64,000 nucleotides of DNA, from assembly GCA_003210115.1 (NCBI GenBank), contig QCNM01000001.1:13510-77509 (forward strand). The letters run 5' to 3'. The DNA is from SAR116 cluster bacterium AG-426-A06 (GTDB taxonomy: Bacteria; Pseudomonadota; Alphaproteobacteria; Puniceispirillales; Marisalimonadaceae). Below are positions 11,446 to 21,846 of this stretch, piece after piece (within the stretch, counting starts at the first letter, position 1; the number at the start of each line of letters is the position of its first letter). Under the pieces are notes generated by a model. It was not told where the DNA came from and made no database searches. It saw nothing but the letters and a program-made list of their open reading frames with translations. Both the position numbers and the translations under genes were made by a program.

Positions 11446-12990
11446 TTATAAAGGTATATTTCCAAACTTTTTATTTGGATTCTTTAATTTTTTATCTTTT
11501 AATTTTGAAAAAGCTTGAATAATTCTATACCTAGTATTTTTAGGTATTATTATATCATCAAGAAACCCTCTTTCAGCTGCTTTAAATGGATTTGCAAACT
11601 TATCTTCATATTCTTGAGTTTTTTTATCAATGAACTTCTTGTCATCAATTTTTTTTCTATGCAAGATTTCAACTGCACCTTTTGCGCCCATAACTGCAAT
11701 TTCTGCAGTTGGCCAAGCATAATTTGCATCACCTCTCAAATGTTTTGAACTCATGACATCATAAGCTCCACCATAAGCTTTTCTGGTGATTAAGGTTACT
11801 TTTGGAGTAGTTGCTTCTGCATAAGAAAATAATAATTTTGCTCCATTTTTAATAATTCCACCATATTCTTGTGCTGTACCTGGCATAAAACCAGGAACAT
11901 CTACTAGAGTTAGTATAGGGATATTAAATGCATCACAAAATCTAACAAACCTTGCTGCCTTTCTACTAGAATCAATATCTAAACAACCAGCTAAGACAAG
12001 TGGTTGGTTAGCCACAACACCTATAGTCTCACCATTCAATCTGATAAATCCAATTAAAATATTTTTTGCATAATCTTTTTGTAACTCAAAATATATACCT
12101 TCGTCAGCGATGCTGATTATTAATTCTTTTATATCATAAGGAAGATTTGGATTATCTGGAATAAGAGTGTCTAACGAAGCAGTCTGTCTTCTAATACTAT
12201 CTCTTGTAAACCTAGTAGGTGCTTTGGTAATATTTGAAGAAGGTAAGTAGGACAAAAATCTTCTCATTTCCAAAAGTGCATCAATATCGTTTTCAAAACA
12301 ACCATCTGCAACAGATGATTTTGTTGTATGTGTTAATGCTCCACCTAATTCTTCAGCTGTTACTTCTTCAGAGGTAACAGTTTTGACTACATCTGGGCCA
12401 GTCACAAACATATAACTCGTATTTTTGACCATAAAAATAAAATCAGTCATTGCTGGAGAATAAACAGCTCCACCAGCGCAAGGTCCCATAATTAGTGAAA
12501 TCTGTGGCACAACCCCCGATGCTAATGCGTTTTGCAAAAAAACATCTGCATATCCGCCAAGTGATTCAACACCTTCTTGAATTCTTGCCCCACCACTATC
12601 ATTCAAACCAATCAAAGGTGCTCTATTTTGTATTGCTAACTTCATAACTTTTACGATTTTAGAAGCATGAGCAGACGATAACGACCCGCCAAATACTGTA
12701 AAGTCTTGAGCATATATATAAACTAACCTATTATTAACTTTTCCAGATCCTGTGATTACACCATCACCTGAATAGGTATTATTTTCCATACCAAAGTCTT
12801 TTATCGTATGAACAACAAACATATCCGTTTCTTCAAAAGTGTCTTTATCTAATAAAATTTCAATTCGTTCTCGTGCTGTTAGTTTTCCAGTGTCATGTTG
12901 TTTATTTACTCGATCAACACCACCACCAGCTCTAGCCTCAATTCTTCTATTTTGTAATTCTTCAATAATTTGTTTGCTTGTTTTTCTAAT
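11446..12990 (-). CDS. pccB: Propionyl-CoA carboxylase beta subunit (carboxyltransferase); start extended beyond the track ATG
   Basis: The track ORF (11446..12822) starts inside the conserved N-terminus. The same frame upstream reads [61 protein letters not shown], which is typical PccB. There is no ATG/GTG/TTG upstream. ATT at 12990..12988 lies 8 nt after AAGGA. Confidence 0.85.
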   Translation of the reverse strand: MRKTSKQIIEELQNRRIEARAGGGVDRVNKQHDTGKLTARERIEILLDKDTFEETDMFVVHTIKDFGMENNTYSGDGVITGSGKVNNRLVYIYAQDFTVFGGSLSSAHASKIVKVMKLAIQNRAPLIGLNDSGGARIQEGVESLGGYADVFLQNALASGVVPQISLIMGPCAGGAVYSPAMTDFIFMVKNTSYMFVTGPDVVKTVTSEEVTAEELGGALTHTTKSSVADGCFENDIDALLEMRRFLSYLPSSNITKAPTRFTRDSIRRQTASLDTLIPDNPNLPYDIKELIISIADEGIYFELQKDYAKNILIGFIRLNGETIGVVANQPLVLAGCLDIDSSRKAARFVRFCDAFNIPILTLVDVPGFMPGTAQEYGGIIKNGAKLLFSYAEATTPKVTLITRKAYGGAYDVMSSKHLRGDANYAWPTAEIAVMGAKGAVEILHRKKIDDKKFIDKKTQEYEDKFANPFKAAERGFLDDIIIPKNTRYRIIQAFSKLKDKKLKNPNKKFGNIPL

Positions 12991-13076
12991 TTTTTTTTCC
13001 TTTAATAAATTAAAATTATGATAAGTATAAAAATATATTAAAAATAAAGTATTACAATTAGTAATGGAAGAATTAA

Positions 13077-13490
13077 ATGGAAACAGAAAATAAAAAAATT
13101 AACCACATCGCAATTGCAGTTCCTGATATAAAAGAGGCCGCATTAAAATGGCAACAAGCATTAAATATGAAAAAGAGTGAGATAATAATTTTAGAAGAAC
13201 ACGGTGTAAAAGTAGTTTTTTTAGAGTTTTCTAATTTAAAAATAGAATTGCTAGAACCCCTTGATAATGAAAGCCCAATTTCAAAATTTTTAGAAAAAAA
13301 TCCTAAAGGCGGAATGCACCATATTTGTTTCGAAGTAGAAAAGATTACAGAAACTATAAATTCATTAAAAAATAAAAATATAAATATTTTAGGTGATGGA
13401 AATCCTAAAATTGGAGCTCATGACAAACCCGTTGTTTTTATTCACCCTAATGATTTATCTGGAACATTAGTTGAATTAGAAGAAACGTAA
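13077..13490 (+). CDS. mce: Methylmalonyl-CoA epimerase (VOC/glyoxalase fold)
   Basis: 137 aa. [18 protein letters not shown] and TLVELEE, next to the pcc/mcm genes. Confidence 0.85.
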   Translation: METENKKINHIAIAVPDIKEAALKWQQALNMKKSEIIILEEHGVKVVFLEFSNLKIELLEPLDNESPISKFLEKNPKGGMHHICFEVEKITETINSLKNKNINILGDGNPKIGAHDKPVVFIHPNDLSGTLVELEET

Positions 13491-13996
13491 TTCTTTTTGT
13501 ATAAAACTTCAGACCTACAAATTTTACAAATAAGGTTCTGTTTTCTTCTGTAACATTTTTGTTCCCAACAAAAATTTGAACAATATTTTATCCACCTTGG
13601 ATTTGAAAAATTTAATGAATGGTAAACTTTACCAGTACATCCTATTGATAGAGCTTTTTTCTTCCAGATATGATTATGACCTTGATTAGGTCCAACAAGA
13701 GCATGCGATATTTCATGTAATAAAGTATCATTCGTATCAAAAGAAGACGAATTTCTTAAAAAATATATCGAAAAAGAAAGTTCCTTTTTGGAATAAACAC
13801 AAGCGCCAGCTCTTCTTTTTGCGTAATCAAAAGTTACTTTCCAATCATTTAAATTAAATTGTTGAAGTTTTGAGTTTGCCTCATCATAAAAATTTTTAAA
13901 CTCAGATTTATATTCCTCAAATTTAATCTTTGAAATATTTTTTTTTTTATTTTTTATTAATTTAAATCTACTATTTTTAATTATGTTAAAAATCAT
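13442..13996 (-). CDS. SprT-like zinc metalloprotease-domain protein
   Basis: 184 aa. HEISHAL (HExxH) followed by a Cys-rich C-terminal zinc-ribbon-like segment (CWEQKC...CKIC). Confidence 0.65.
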   Translation of the reverse strand: MIFNIIKNSRFKLIKNKKKNISKIKFEEYKSEFKNFYDEANSKLQQFNLNDWKVTFDYAKRRAGACVYSKKELSFSIYFLRNSSSFDTNDTLLHEISHALVGPNQGHNHIWKKKALSIGCTGKVYHSLNFSNPRWIKYCSNFCWEQKCYRRKQNLICKICRSEVLYKKNYVSSNSTNVPDKSLG

Positions 13997-14018
13997 GTTA
14001 AAAGCTTTTTAATCTAAA

Positions 14019-14654
14019 ATGTTAGAAGTAAAAGATATTACATTTAGTTTTGATAAAAAAGAAAAAAAACCTCTCATTAAAAACCTAAGCTTTAAAGTTA
14101 AAAAAGGGGAAATACTTTTTATTTCCGGTAATAGCGGTCTTGGCAAATCTACATTGCTAGATTTAATTTCAGGATTTCATGACAATAATTTAATTTGGAC
14201 AGGTAAAATATACCTTAATAAACTTGATATAACAAATACTTCAATTCAAAATAAAAGAATTGGATATATGCTACAAGATTATTTTTTATTTCCTCATTTT
14301 AATGTTAAAAATAATTTAATTTTTTCTTTACCAAAACAAACTAAAAACAAAAAAGAACAAGTAATGAATTATTTAGAACAAATTAATATGGTTGAATTTT
14401 CAAATCATTATCCATCTGAGCTTTCAGGAGGTCAAAAATCAAGAATAGCTTGTTTAAGAGCTATTATTTCAAATCCTAATGCTTTATTATTAGACGAACC
14501 TTTTGCATCATTAGATAAAAAAACCATGAAGTCATTTCAAAAATATTTATTTAATTTTGTTAAAAAACTCAATATTCCTTGTGTAATTGTATCACATAGG
14601 TTAGTAAAAAATTTAGATAATTCCATTGAACTTAACATTACAAAATTCACATAA
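14019..14654 (+). CDS. ABC transporter ATP-binding protein (stand-alone, 211 aa)
   Basis: Walker A GNSGLGKST, signature LSGGQKSR, Walker B LLLDEP. No permease gene is adjacent. Confidence 0.8.
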   Translation: MLEVKDITFSFDKKEKKPLIKNLSFKVKKGEILFISGNSGLGKSTLLDLISGFHDNNLIWTGKIYLNKLDITNTSIQNKRIGYMLQDYFLFPHFNVKNNLIFSLPKQTKNKKEQVMNYLEQINMVEFSNHYPSELSGGQKSRIACLRAIISNPNALLLDEPFASLDKKTMKSFQKYLFNFVKKLNIPCVIVSHRLVKNLDNSIELNITKFT

Positions 14655-14736
14655 AAATAAATTTCTAATAAATCAGTTGTTTTGGGATGTGAGTATGTTA
14701 CGTTTCAAATAAAGTATACTAAAAGGATTAAAAGTT

Positions 14737-15354
14737 ATGTCTTCATATTCATCAATTACTAAAGCTTTTAAAAGTGATGATGTAAAAAAAAAAGTGACAG
14801 TTGAGGAAGCTGAAAAAGCAGTTGAAACACTTATAGCTTGGATTGGTGATGATCCTAAAAGAGAAGGTCTTTTAGAAACACCTAAAAGAGTTATTAAATC
14901 ATTCAATGAGCATTTCGCAGGTTATAAAGAAAATCCATCAGAAATTCTATCTAAGACTTTTAAAGAAATTCAGGGTTATGACGATATTGTTGTTTTAAGA
15001 AAAATAGATTTTGAGAGTCATTGTGAACATCATATGCTTCCAATTATTGGCAATGCAAGTATCGGATACTTGCCTAATAAAAGTATTGTAGGAATATCAA
15101 AACTAGCAAGAATAGTAAATACATTTGCAAAACGTCTTCAAACACAAGAAATAATGACATCTCAAATTATCAATTCAATACATGATAATCTAAATCCAAT
15201 TGGAGTTGGAGTAGTAATAGAAGCCGACCACCATTGTATGAAAACAAGAGGTGTTCATAAAAAAAATTCTATGATGGTAACTTCACAGTTCAAGGGATCC
15301 TTTTCAACTGATGAAAAGTTAAGAAACAGATTTTTGGACTTTATAAAAGATTAA
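14737..15354 (+). CDS. folE: GTP cyclohydrolase I
   Basis: 205 aa. GLLETPKRV, FESHCEHHMLP and ADHHCM. Confidence 0.95.
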   Translation: MSSYSSITKAFKSDDVKKKVTVEEAEKAVETLIAWIGDDPKREGLLETPKRVIKSFNEHFAGYKENPSEILSKTFKEIQGYDDIVVLRKIDFESHCEHHMLPIIGNASIGYLPNKSIVGISKLARIVNTFAKRLQTQEIMTSQIINSIHDNLNPIGVGVVIEADHHCMKTRGVHKKNSMMVTSQFKGSFSTDEKLRNRFLDFIKD

Positions 15355-15368
15355 ACCTATAATTAATT

Positions 15369-16814
15369 ATGAAATTTCAACCTGTCATTAATTTAATAGG
15401 CTTGTTACTTTGCACTTTATCAGCATTTATGCTGATACCTGGATTTGTTGATTATATTCTTGGAGACGAAGATTGGGCAGCGTTTTTAGTATCATCATTC
15501 ATAACTTTATTTGTTGGAGCAGGGCTGTATCTATCTTCGCGAGACAGCAATCCTGAACACCTTGAACTTAGACAAGCTTTTCTACTAACTAATAGTGCTT
15601 GGATTTCTATTTCACTTTTTGGATCATTACCGTTTTTATTTTCAAATCTAAATTTAAATTTTATTGACGCATTTTTTGAATCAACATCCGGCATAACTAC
15701 AACAGGATCAACTATAATACCAAATCTTGAACAAGTTTCTTATGGGATACTTCTATGGAGAGCTCTTCTTCAATGGCTAGGCGGAATTGGCATAATTGTA
15801 ATGGCTGTTGCAATTTTGCCAATGTTATCGATCGGAGGAATGCAACTCTTTAAAACTGAATCTTACGAAACACCAGATAAAATTATTCCTAGAGCTGCCA
15901 TTTTTGCTAGTGGCATGAGTATTGTTTATATTGTCTTAACATCGACATGGGCTTTCATGCTATGGCTTGCTGGAATGCAAATATTTGACTCTATAACACA
16001 CGCAATGACAACTCTTGCTACTGGTGGATATTCAACGAAATCAGAATCCCTAGGTGCATTCAACTCAGTAAATATAGAAATGATCATTGTACTTGGAATG
16101 ATAGTTGGTTCTTTACCTTTTATACATTATTTATCAATTTTCAAAAATGGCTGGAAAAATTTAATTAATGACCAACAAGTAAAATGGTTTTTACTAATTT
16201 TATTTTTTGTAATTTCAATCGTCACATTCAACCTATATATAAATGGTCAGAATTTTTTTTCATCATTAAGAGTTTCAATTTTCAACGTGGTTTCAATTGT
16301 AACTGGGACAGGCTTTGGCACTGATGATTTTAGCCAATGGGGAGGTTTTGCAACAACTTTACTTTTAATATTAATGTTTATGGGTGGGTGTGCGGGCTCA
16401 ACAACTTGTGGTTTAAGAATGGCTAGAATTCAAGTTTTGATAGCTAATGCAAAAACACAAGTATTAAAACTTTTAACACCTCATGCAGTAATTATTCCTT
16501 ATTATAATAAAAAACCAATTCCAGAATCTGTTACTGAATCTGTTATGGGATTTTTCTTTTTATATATACTCGTTTTTATAATTATCTCATGCCTGCTTGG
16601 AAGTTTAGGATTAGATTTCATGACTTCTTTATCTGGAGCAGCATCTGCTATAGGAAATGTTGGCCCAGGATTGGGTGAAATGATCGGACCAAACGGCACT
16701 TATGCTGAAATACCTAATTTAGGAAAATTAATCCTTTGTTTAGGAATGATATTAGGAAGATTAGAAATATTCGCAATTTTAGTAATGTTTACAGCATCAT
16801 TTTGGAAAAAATAG
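15369..16814 (+). CDS. trkH: Trk-type K+ uptake protein TrkH
   Basis: 481 aa, polytopic, with repeated pore-loop TTGGYS/GTGFGT motifs. Confidence 0.9.
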   Translation: MKFQPVINLIGLLLCTLSAFMLIPGFVDYILGDEDWAAFLVSSFITLFVGAGLYLSSRDSNPEHLELRQAFLLTNSAWISISLFGSLPFLFSNLNLNFIDAFFESTSGITTTGSTIIPNLEQVSYGILLWRALLQWLGGIGIIVMAVAILPMLSIGGMQLFKTESYETPDKIIPRAAIFASGMSIVYIVLTSTWAFMLWLAGMQIFDSITHAMTTLATGGYSTKSESLGAFNSVNIEMIIVLGMIVGSLPFIHYLSIFKNGWKNLINDQQVKWFLLILFFVISIVTFNLYINGQNFFSSLRVSIFNVVSIVTGTGFGTDDFSQWGGFATTLLLILMFMGGCAGSTTCGLRMARIQVLIANAKTQVLKLLTPHAVIIPYYNKKPIPESVTESVMGFFFLYILVFIIISCLLGSLGLDFMTSLSGAASAIGNVGPGLGEMIGPNGTYAEIPNLGKLILCLGMILGRLEIFAILVMFTASFWKK

Positions 16815-17693
16815 CTATTTCAAATCTTGTTCTCTATAAACTCTTTTGGTCTTACAAAATTCACAAACTACTTCAATTGATTTTTTTTCATTAAACAAAT
16901 ATGCGATTTCTTTTTGATCCATTGACTTAAATGTATTTAAAACTCTTTCATTTGAACATTGACAATTATTATTAAGATTTATTTCATCAAAGATTTTTAT
17001 TTCGTGTTGTCCAAATAAGTTTAATAAAATTTGTTTTGATGTTTTGTTTATATTTAGAAATTCTTCAGAATTCATGGTTTCCAAAAACATTAATATAGTT
17101 TTCCAATCTTCATTTAATTTTTCGGTATTTTTAAAGTCGTTAATCTCAGGCATTAACTCTAATTTTATTGCACCAGCGATATGATTGCTTTCAGGTTCGT
17201 ATTTTGTAAGATTAAAAATGTTAAATAATTTAAAAAAAGATTTAACTTGCTCAGATGAATTGAAATAGGTGTCTATAGCATCTTTTATAGATTTACCTTT
17301 AATTTCAACTAAACCCTGGTAATTTTTAGAAAACTTACCTTCTTTAATATTGAAAGCCAAAGTTCCATTTGATATAAGTTTTTCAAAAGGAAGATTTTCA
17401 ATATTTTCAAAATTATTAACTAATATATAACCCCGAATTGATGAGTTGTTATTCAAGTCGACAAAAATTGTTTTAATTATCCCCTCACTATGAGCCTGAA
17501 AACTAAAAACACCATCATTTTTCATTCTAGATCCAATTGAAGCAGTAATAGCAATAGAATCAGCAAATATTGAATTTATGTTTCTAGGATATTCATTATT
17601 GATAATTTGAGATGCTACAGAGCTTAATCTTACAATAGTCCCTTTTATTTTATTATTAATCTGAAAAGGAATAACTAAATTTTCTAAAACCAC
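16815..17693 (-). CDS. hslO: Redox-regulated chaperone Hsp33
   Basis: 292 aa with the C-terminal zinc centre CQCS...CEFC. Confidence 0.85.
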   Translation of the reverse strand: MVLENLVIPFQINNKIKGTIVRLSSVASQIINNEYPRNINSIFADSIAITASIGSRMKNDGVFSFQAHSEGIIKTIFVDLNNNSSIRGYILVNNFENIENLPFEKLISNGTLAFNIKEGKFSKNYQGLVEIKGKSIKDAIDTYFNSSEQVKSFFKLFNIFNLTKYEPESNHIAGAIKLELMPEINDFKNTEKLNEDWKTILMFLETMNSEEFLNINKTSKQILLNLFGQHEIKIFDEINLNNNCQCSNERVLNTFKSMDQKEIAYLFNEKKSIEVVCEFCKTKRVYREQDLK

Positions 17694-17703
17694 ATCAAAC
17701 TTT

Positions 17704-18600
17704 TTAATAATTAACTCTACAACAGTGTTTTATTATAGATTTTTGAGCATGAACTCTATTTTCAGCCTGATCAAAAACAACTGACATTTTAGAATCCATA
17801 ACTTCATCTGTAACTTCCATTCCTCTATATGCAGGAAGACAGTGCATAAAAATTACATCTTTTTTAGCTAATAAAATTACATTTGAATTGACTTGGAATG
17901 GTTTGAAATGATCTATAGATTTATCTTTTTTATCTCCCATAGATATCCACGTATCGGTCATTATACAATCAGAATTTTTAGCAATATCATTCACGTTATC
18001 TGAAATTATTAGATGTTTGTTTTGCTCTTCTAACCATTTAATTGTATTTTTTGAGACAGAAACTTCACTTGGACAAGCAATAGAAAAATTTATGTCTAAA
18101 AGTGCAGCTGCTTCTACCCAACTTTGAGTTACATTATTATAATCTCCAAACCAAGACACTTTTTTATTTTTAAAATCTCCAAACTTTTCTTTAAAAGTAA
18201 CTAAATCTGCAATGACTTGGCAAGGATGGCTATGATTTGTTAAAGCATTTATAATTGGTTTTGAAAAATTACTTTCAACTTCTTTCAAAATTGAATGTTC
18301 GAAGGATCTGATAATCATAAAATCTACGTATCTATCAAGAACTTTAGTACTATCATGAACACTCTCTCTTTCCCCAAATTTAAACTCATTTGAATTTAGA
18401 ATTAGAGAGTTTCCACCTAAATCATTAATACAAACTTCAAACGAAATTCTTGTTCTAAGAGATGGTTTTTCAAAAATCATTAAAACATTTTTATTTTTTA
18501 GTATTTTGTCACATCCATTTTTTTTTATATCGATTGAATCATCAATAATTCTTTCTAGATCTTTTTTAGAAAGATCTTTTATATCAAAAAAACTAGTCAT
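17704..18600 (-). CDS. argF: Ornithine carbamoyltransferase
   Basis: 298 aa. FEKPSLRTR, HPCQ and HCLP motifs. Confidence 0.9.
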   Translation of the reverse strand: MTSFFDIKDLSKKDLERIIDDSIDIKKNGCDKILKNKNVLMIFEKPSLRTRISFEVCINDLGGNSLILNSNEFKFGERESVHDSTKVLDRYVDFMIIRSFEHSILKEVESNFSKPIINALTNHSHPCQVIADLVTFKEKFGDFKNKKVSWFGDYNNVTQSWVEAAALLDINFSIACPSEVSVSKNTIKWLEEQNKHLIISDNVNDIAKNSDCIMTDTWISMGDKKDKSIDHFKPFQVNSNVILLAKKDVIFMHCLPAYRGMEVTDEVMDSKMSVVFDQAENRVHAQKSIIKHCCRVNY

Positions 18601-19810
18601 TTTTTTTATGCAAATCTTGAGATATCTCTTTTAATTTAAAAAATGCTAAATCAATCTCTTCAAATGATGTATTGAGCGGTGGTAAAATTCTAATGGTATT
18701 TTCTGCAGCACCAACCAACAAAAGGCCTTTTTTTCGCGCTTCTGTAGAAAAATCAGCAACAGAAACTTTTTCTGATAGTTCTATGCCACGTAAAAAACCG
18801 TATCCCTTCTCTTTTAAAAATATAGGCTTATTGTGATTATCTAAATTATTTCTTTCATCTTTAATGAGAGAGTTAATTTTATTATCCAAATATTTAATTT
18901 TCTCATTAAGAGTTTCTAAAAATCCGTCTTCAGTGATTAAATTAATTACCACCTCTGCAGCTCTCATTGCTAAAGGGTTACCACCAAAGGTACTTCCATG
19001 AGTTCCAGGGACCATAGCATCACCAACTTCAGATTTTGCAAGAACTGCTCCAACTGGGAAGCCTCCTCCCAATCCTTTTGCAAGTGCAATTATATCAGGT
19101 TCAATATTCTCATTTTGATAAGCAAATAACTTTCCAGAACGACCCATACCAATTTGGACTTCATCAGATATCAGTAAAGATCCATTTTGTTTAGTTAATT
19201 TCTCAACTTCTTTTAAATAATTAATTGGTGCTTTTCTAGCGCCACCTTCACCTTGCACAGGCTCGATCAATACAGCGGCTACTTTGTTGTTTAATTTTTT
19301 TTGTAAATCTTCAATATTCCCCCACTCAGCATGACTAAATCCTGGAACTTTAGGACCGAAACCTTCTCGAAATAAAGGTCTATCATTTGCCGCAAGCATA
19401 GCTAATGTTCTGCCGTGGAATGCTCCTGTAACACATAAAATCTCATCTCTTTCAATATCCTTTTTAGACCAAGAATATCTTCTTGCTACTTTAACAGCAC
19501 CCTCAGTAGCCTCAGCACCAGAATTACAAAAAAAAGCTTGGTTTGCACATGAATGCTTAACCAGTAAATTCGCCACTTTATCTTGTTCAGGGATTTTATA
19601 AAGGTTTGATACATGCCATAATTTAGAAGCTTGGTCTTGCAATGCATTTATTAAATCTGGGTGAGAATGCCCAAATGCATTTACAGCAATGCCAGTTGCA
19701 TAATCTAGATATTTACTTCCATCCTCAGAAAATAGAAAACTTCCTTTACCATGTGTAAATGCAATATCAATTCGACCATATGTTTTCATTATGTCTGGGC
19801 TTAGAGCCAT
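18593..19810 (-). CDS. argD: Acetylornithine aminotransferase (class III PLP)
   Basis: 405 aa. NSGAEATE, DEVQIGMGRSGK and STFGGNPLA. It overlaps argF by 8 nt (operon). Confidence 0.85.
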   Translation of the reverse strand: MALSPDIMKTYGRIDIAFTHGKGSFLFSEDGSKYLDYATGIAVNAFGHSHPDLINALQDQASKLWHVSNLYKIPEQDKVANLLVKHSCANQAFFCNSGAEATEGAVKVARRYSWSKKDIERDEILCVTGAFHGRTLAMLAANDRPLFREGFGPKVPGFSHAEWGNIEDLQKKLNNKVAAVLIEPVQGEGGARKAPINYLKEVEKLTKQNGSLLISDEVQIGMGRSGKLFAYQNENIEPDIIALAKGLGGGFPVGAVLAKSEVGDAMVPGTHGSTFGGNPLAMRAAEVVINLITEDGFLETLNEKIKYLDNKINSLIKDERNNLDNHNKPIFLKEKGYGFLRGIELSEKVSVADFSTEARKKGLLLVGAAENTIRILPPLNTSFEEIDLAFFKLKEISQDLHKKND

Positions 19811-19851
19811 TTTAAAAATCCTTAATTAAAAAATAAATATATTAATCTATT

Positions 19852-20988
19852 TTATACAAAATGTTTAGATAATTTTAAACCTTGGGATTGATAATTATTT
19901 TTACCTTTTATTTCACCATATAATTTATCTGGTATATTTGACATGGGTTCATAAATTAATCGACAAATAGTTTGTCCATCTTCAATTATGAACGGGACAT
20001 CATGCGATCTTACTTCGAGTACTGCTTTGGTATTATTAGCATTTAATTCTGGAGACCCAAATCCAGGGTCAAAAAAGCCTGCATAATGTGCTCTGAATTC
20101 TCCAATGTTAGTATCGTAAGGTCGCATTTCAGCAGCTAGATTTTTTGGGACTGAAACTGATTCCTTACTACACAATATATAAAAAGCATCTGGACTTAAA
20201 ACTAAAGATCTATTTAGATTTTCTTCAGAAATTATTAAATCATCAATCGTTATCTTCTCCCAAAAAGAGGAGATCTTATAATTTTTAACTTTGTCACAAT
20301 CAATTAATTTCGAATGTTTTTTTGCTTTATATCCTACAACACCATCAACACCCTTTAAATCAACTGATAAAGGTAATCCATTTTCTAATTTATCTGATAG
20401 TTCAGATGTTTCATTATTTTTTATCAAATCATATTTATATTGAAGTTCAGCCATTTGTTTGTCTGTAAAACTTGTGTCACCAACTGAAAACCTCAATTGA
20501 TTCAATCGAGTACCAGTTCTTACAACTATTGAAAAAGTTCTTGGAGAAATTTCCAAATATAAAGAACCTTTATAACCTTTTGGAACATTTTCAAATTGCT
20601 GCGTTCTATCAACAATTAAACGTGTAAAAACATCTAATCTTCCTGTTGAGCTTTTTGGGTTAGCCATACCAGATATATTTTTTGGTAAATTCAGACCCTC
20701 TAATAATTTTACAATGTATACACAACCACATTCTAACACTGCACCATTTGATAAACTAAATTCATGCATTGCTATCTGGTTTAACTTGTCTTCAACCGTA
20801 CTATTTTTGCCAGGTAAAAATGATGCAGGAACTCGCCAGGCTTTAAAACCTAACCTTAGATCAATGGATGCTGGCTGAATTAGGTCTTCATTGATATTCT
20901 CATTGCTAAACATAAAGTTTCTATCAATTAATTCCTTGATGTATTGAGATGGTAAAACACCATTTTTTTCATTATTTAAAAAGACCAT
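19852..20988 (-). CDS. Long-form 2'-deoxycytidine 5'-triphosphate deaminase family protein
   Basis: 378 aa. Two dUTPase-like halves, and a size and sequence pattern typical of the alphaproteobacterial DCD family. Confidence 0.7.
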   Translation of the reverse strand: MVFLNNEKNGVLPSQYIKELIDRNFMFSNENINEDLIQPASIDLRLGFKAWRVPASFLPGKNSTVEDKLNQIAMHEFSLSNGAVLECGCVYIVKLLEGLNLPKNISGMANPKSSTGRLDVFTRLIVDRTQQFENVPKGYKGSLYLEISPRTFSIVVRTGTRLNQLRFSVGDTSFTDKQMAELQYKYDLIKNNETSELSDKLENGLPLSVDLKGVDGVVGYKAKKHSKLIDCDKVKNYKISSFWEKITIDDLIISEENLNRSLVLSPDAFYILCSKESVSVPKNLAAEMRPYDTNIGEFRAHYAGFFDPGFGSPELNANNTKAVLEVRSHDVPFIIEDGQTICRLIYEPMSNIPDKLYGEIKGKNNYQSQGLKLSKHFV

Positions 20989-21006
20989 TTATAATTCTTC
21001 TACCGA

Positions 21007-21816
21007 CTATGATTTTAATCTGTAACCGCTATTAAGCACGTACCAAGCAGAATAGCCTAAAATAAAATTGAAACCTAATAATATTATCAGTGAAATATAA
21101 GGTGATATATCACTTACACCTAAAAAACCATATCTAAAACCGTCAATTATATAAAAAAAAGGATTTGAATACGCTATTGGTTTTAAAAATTCAGGTAAAC
21201 GTTCAATAGAGTAAAATGTCCCAGATAAAAAAGCTAAAGGTTGAACCACAAAATTTGAAACAATCGCTAATTGATCAAATTTTTGAGCCCAAATACCTGC
21301 AATTATGCCTATACATGATAATGCAAATCCTCCAGATACTAGGAATATAAATGTCCAAATATAATTTGTTGGTAAGTTTGTTATTCCAAGTATTAGTAAT
21401 AATAAAAATGAAGCAAGGAATACTATAATACCTCTTGTAATTCCTGCCAAATTATGAGCAATAAAAATTTCTGCTGAGCCTAAAGGTGCTAATAATAAAT
21501 CTACAATCGATCCTGTAACCTTAGCAGTCATAAAAGCAGATGAGGTGTTTGCAAAAGCATTTTGTAAAACGCTCATCATCATGAGGCCAGGAATTAAAAA
21601 AGAAATATATGAAACTCCCTTAATGCCTGCAGATCTATCAATTGCAATAGAAAATACAACTACAAACAATAATGTGGTAACCATTGGAGCTGTTATAGTT
21701 TGAAGAAAGACGCTAGTGAAACGTTTTACTTCTTTCAGATAGAGAGTATATAGACCAAGCCAATTTACAATATGTATGTCTCTTCTTATATTTAAGTATT
21801 TGTTTTTATTTTTCAT
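21007..21816 (-). CDS. ABC-2 type transporter permease
   Basis: Six-TM protein of ABC-2 type. The track starts at 21843; the internal MKNKNKYLNIRR start at 21816 is more likely. No ATPase gene is adjacent. Confidence 0.7.
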   Translation of the reverse strand: MKNKNKYLNIRRDIHIVNWLGLYTLYLKEVKRFTSVFLQTITAPMVTTLLFVVVFSIAIDRSAGIKGVSYISFLIPGLMMMSVLQNAFANTSSAFMTAKVTGSIVDLLLAPLGSAEIFIAHNLAGITRGIIVFLASFLLLLILGITNLPTNYIWTFIFLVSGGFALSCIGIIAGIWAQKFDQLAIVSNFVVQPLAFLSGTFYSIERLPEFLKPIAYSNPFFYIIDGFRYGFLGVSDISPYISLIILLGFNFILGYSAWYVLNSGYRLKS

Positions 21817-21846
21817 AGTTATTAGTATTATTTTTAAAAACAATTT

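Noticed and set aside
11515-11748. 77-aa (+) and 60-aa (-, 11550..11732) ORFs
   Set aside because: Both are embedded in pccB, in an alternate frame or antisense. Neither has a recognisable motif.
12839-13021. 60-aa plus-strand ORF
   Set aside because: It is the antisense of the conserved PccB N-terminal coding region (see the pccB finding).
14673-14906. 77-aa minus-strand ORF
   Set aside because: It overlaps the folE 5' end in antisense. folE is unambiguous.
15452-16699. Minus-strand ORFs 15452..15694 and 16502..16699
   Set aside because: They are antisense within trkH.
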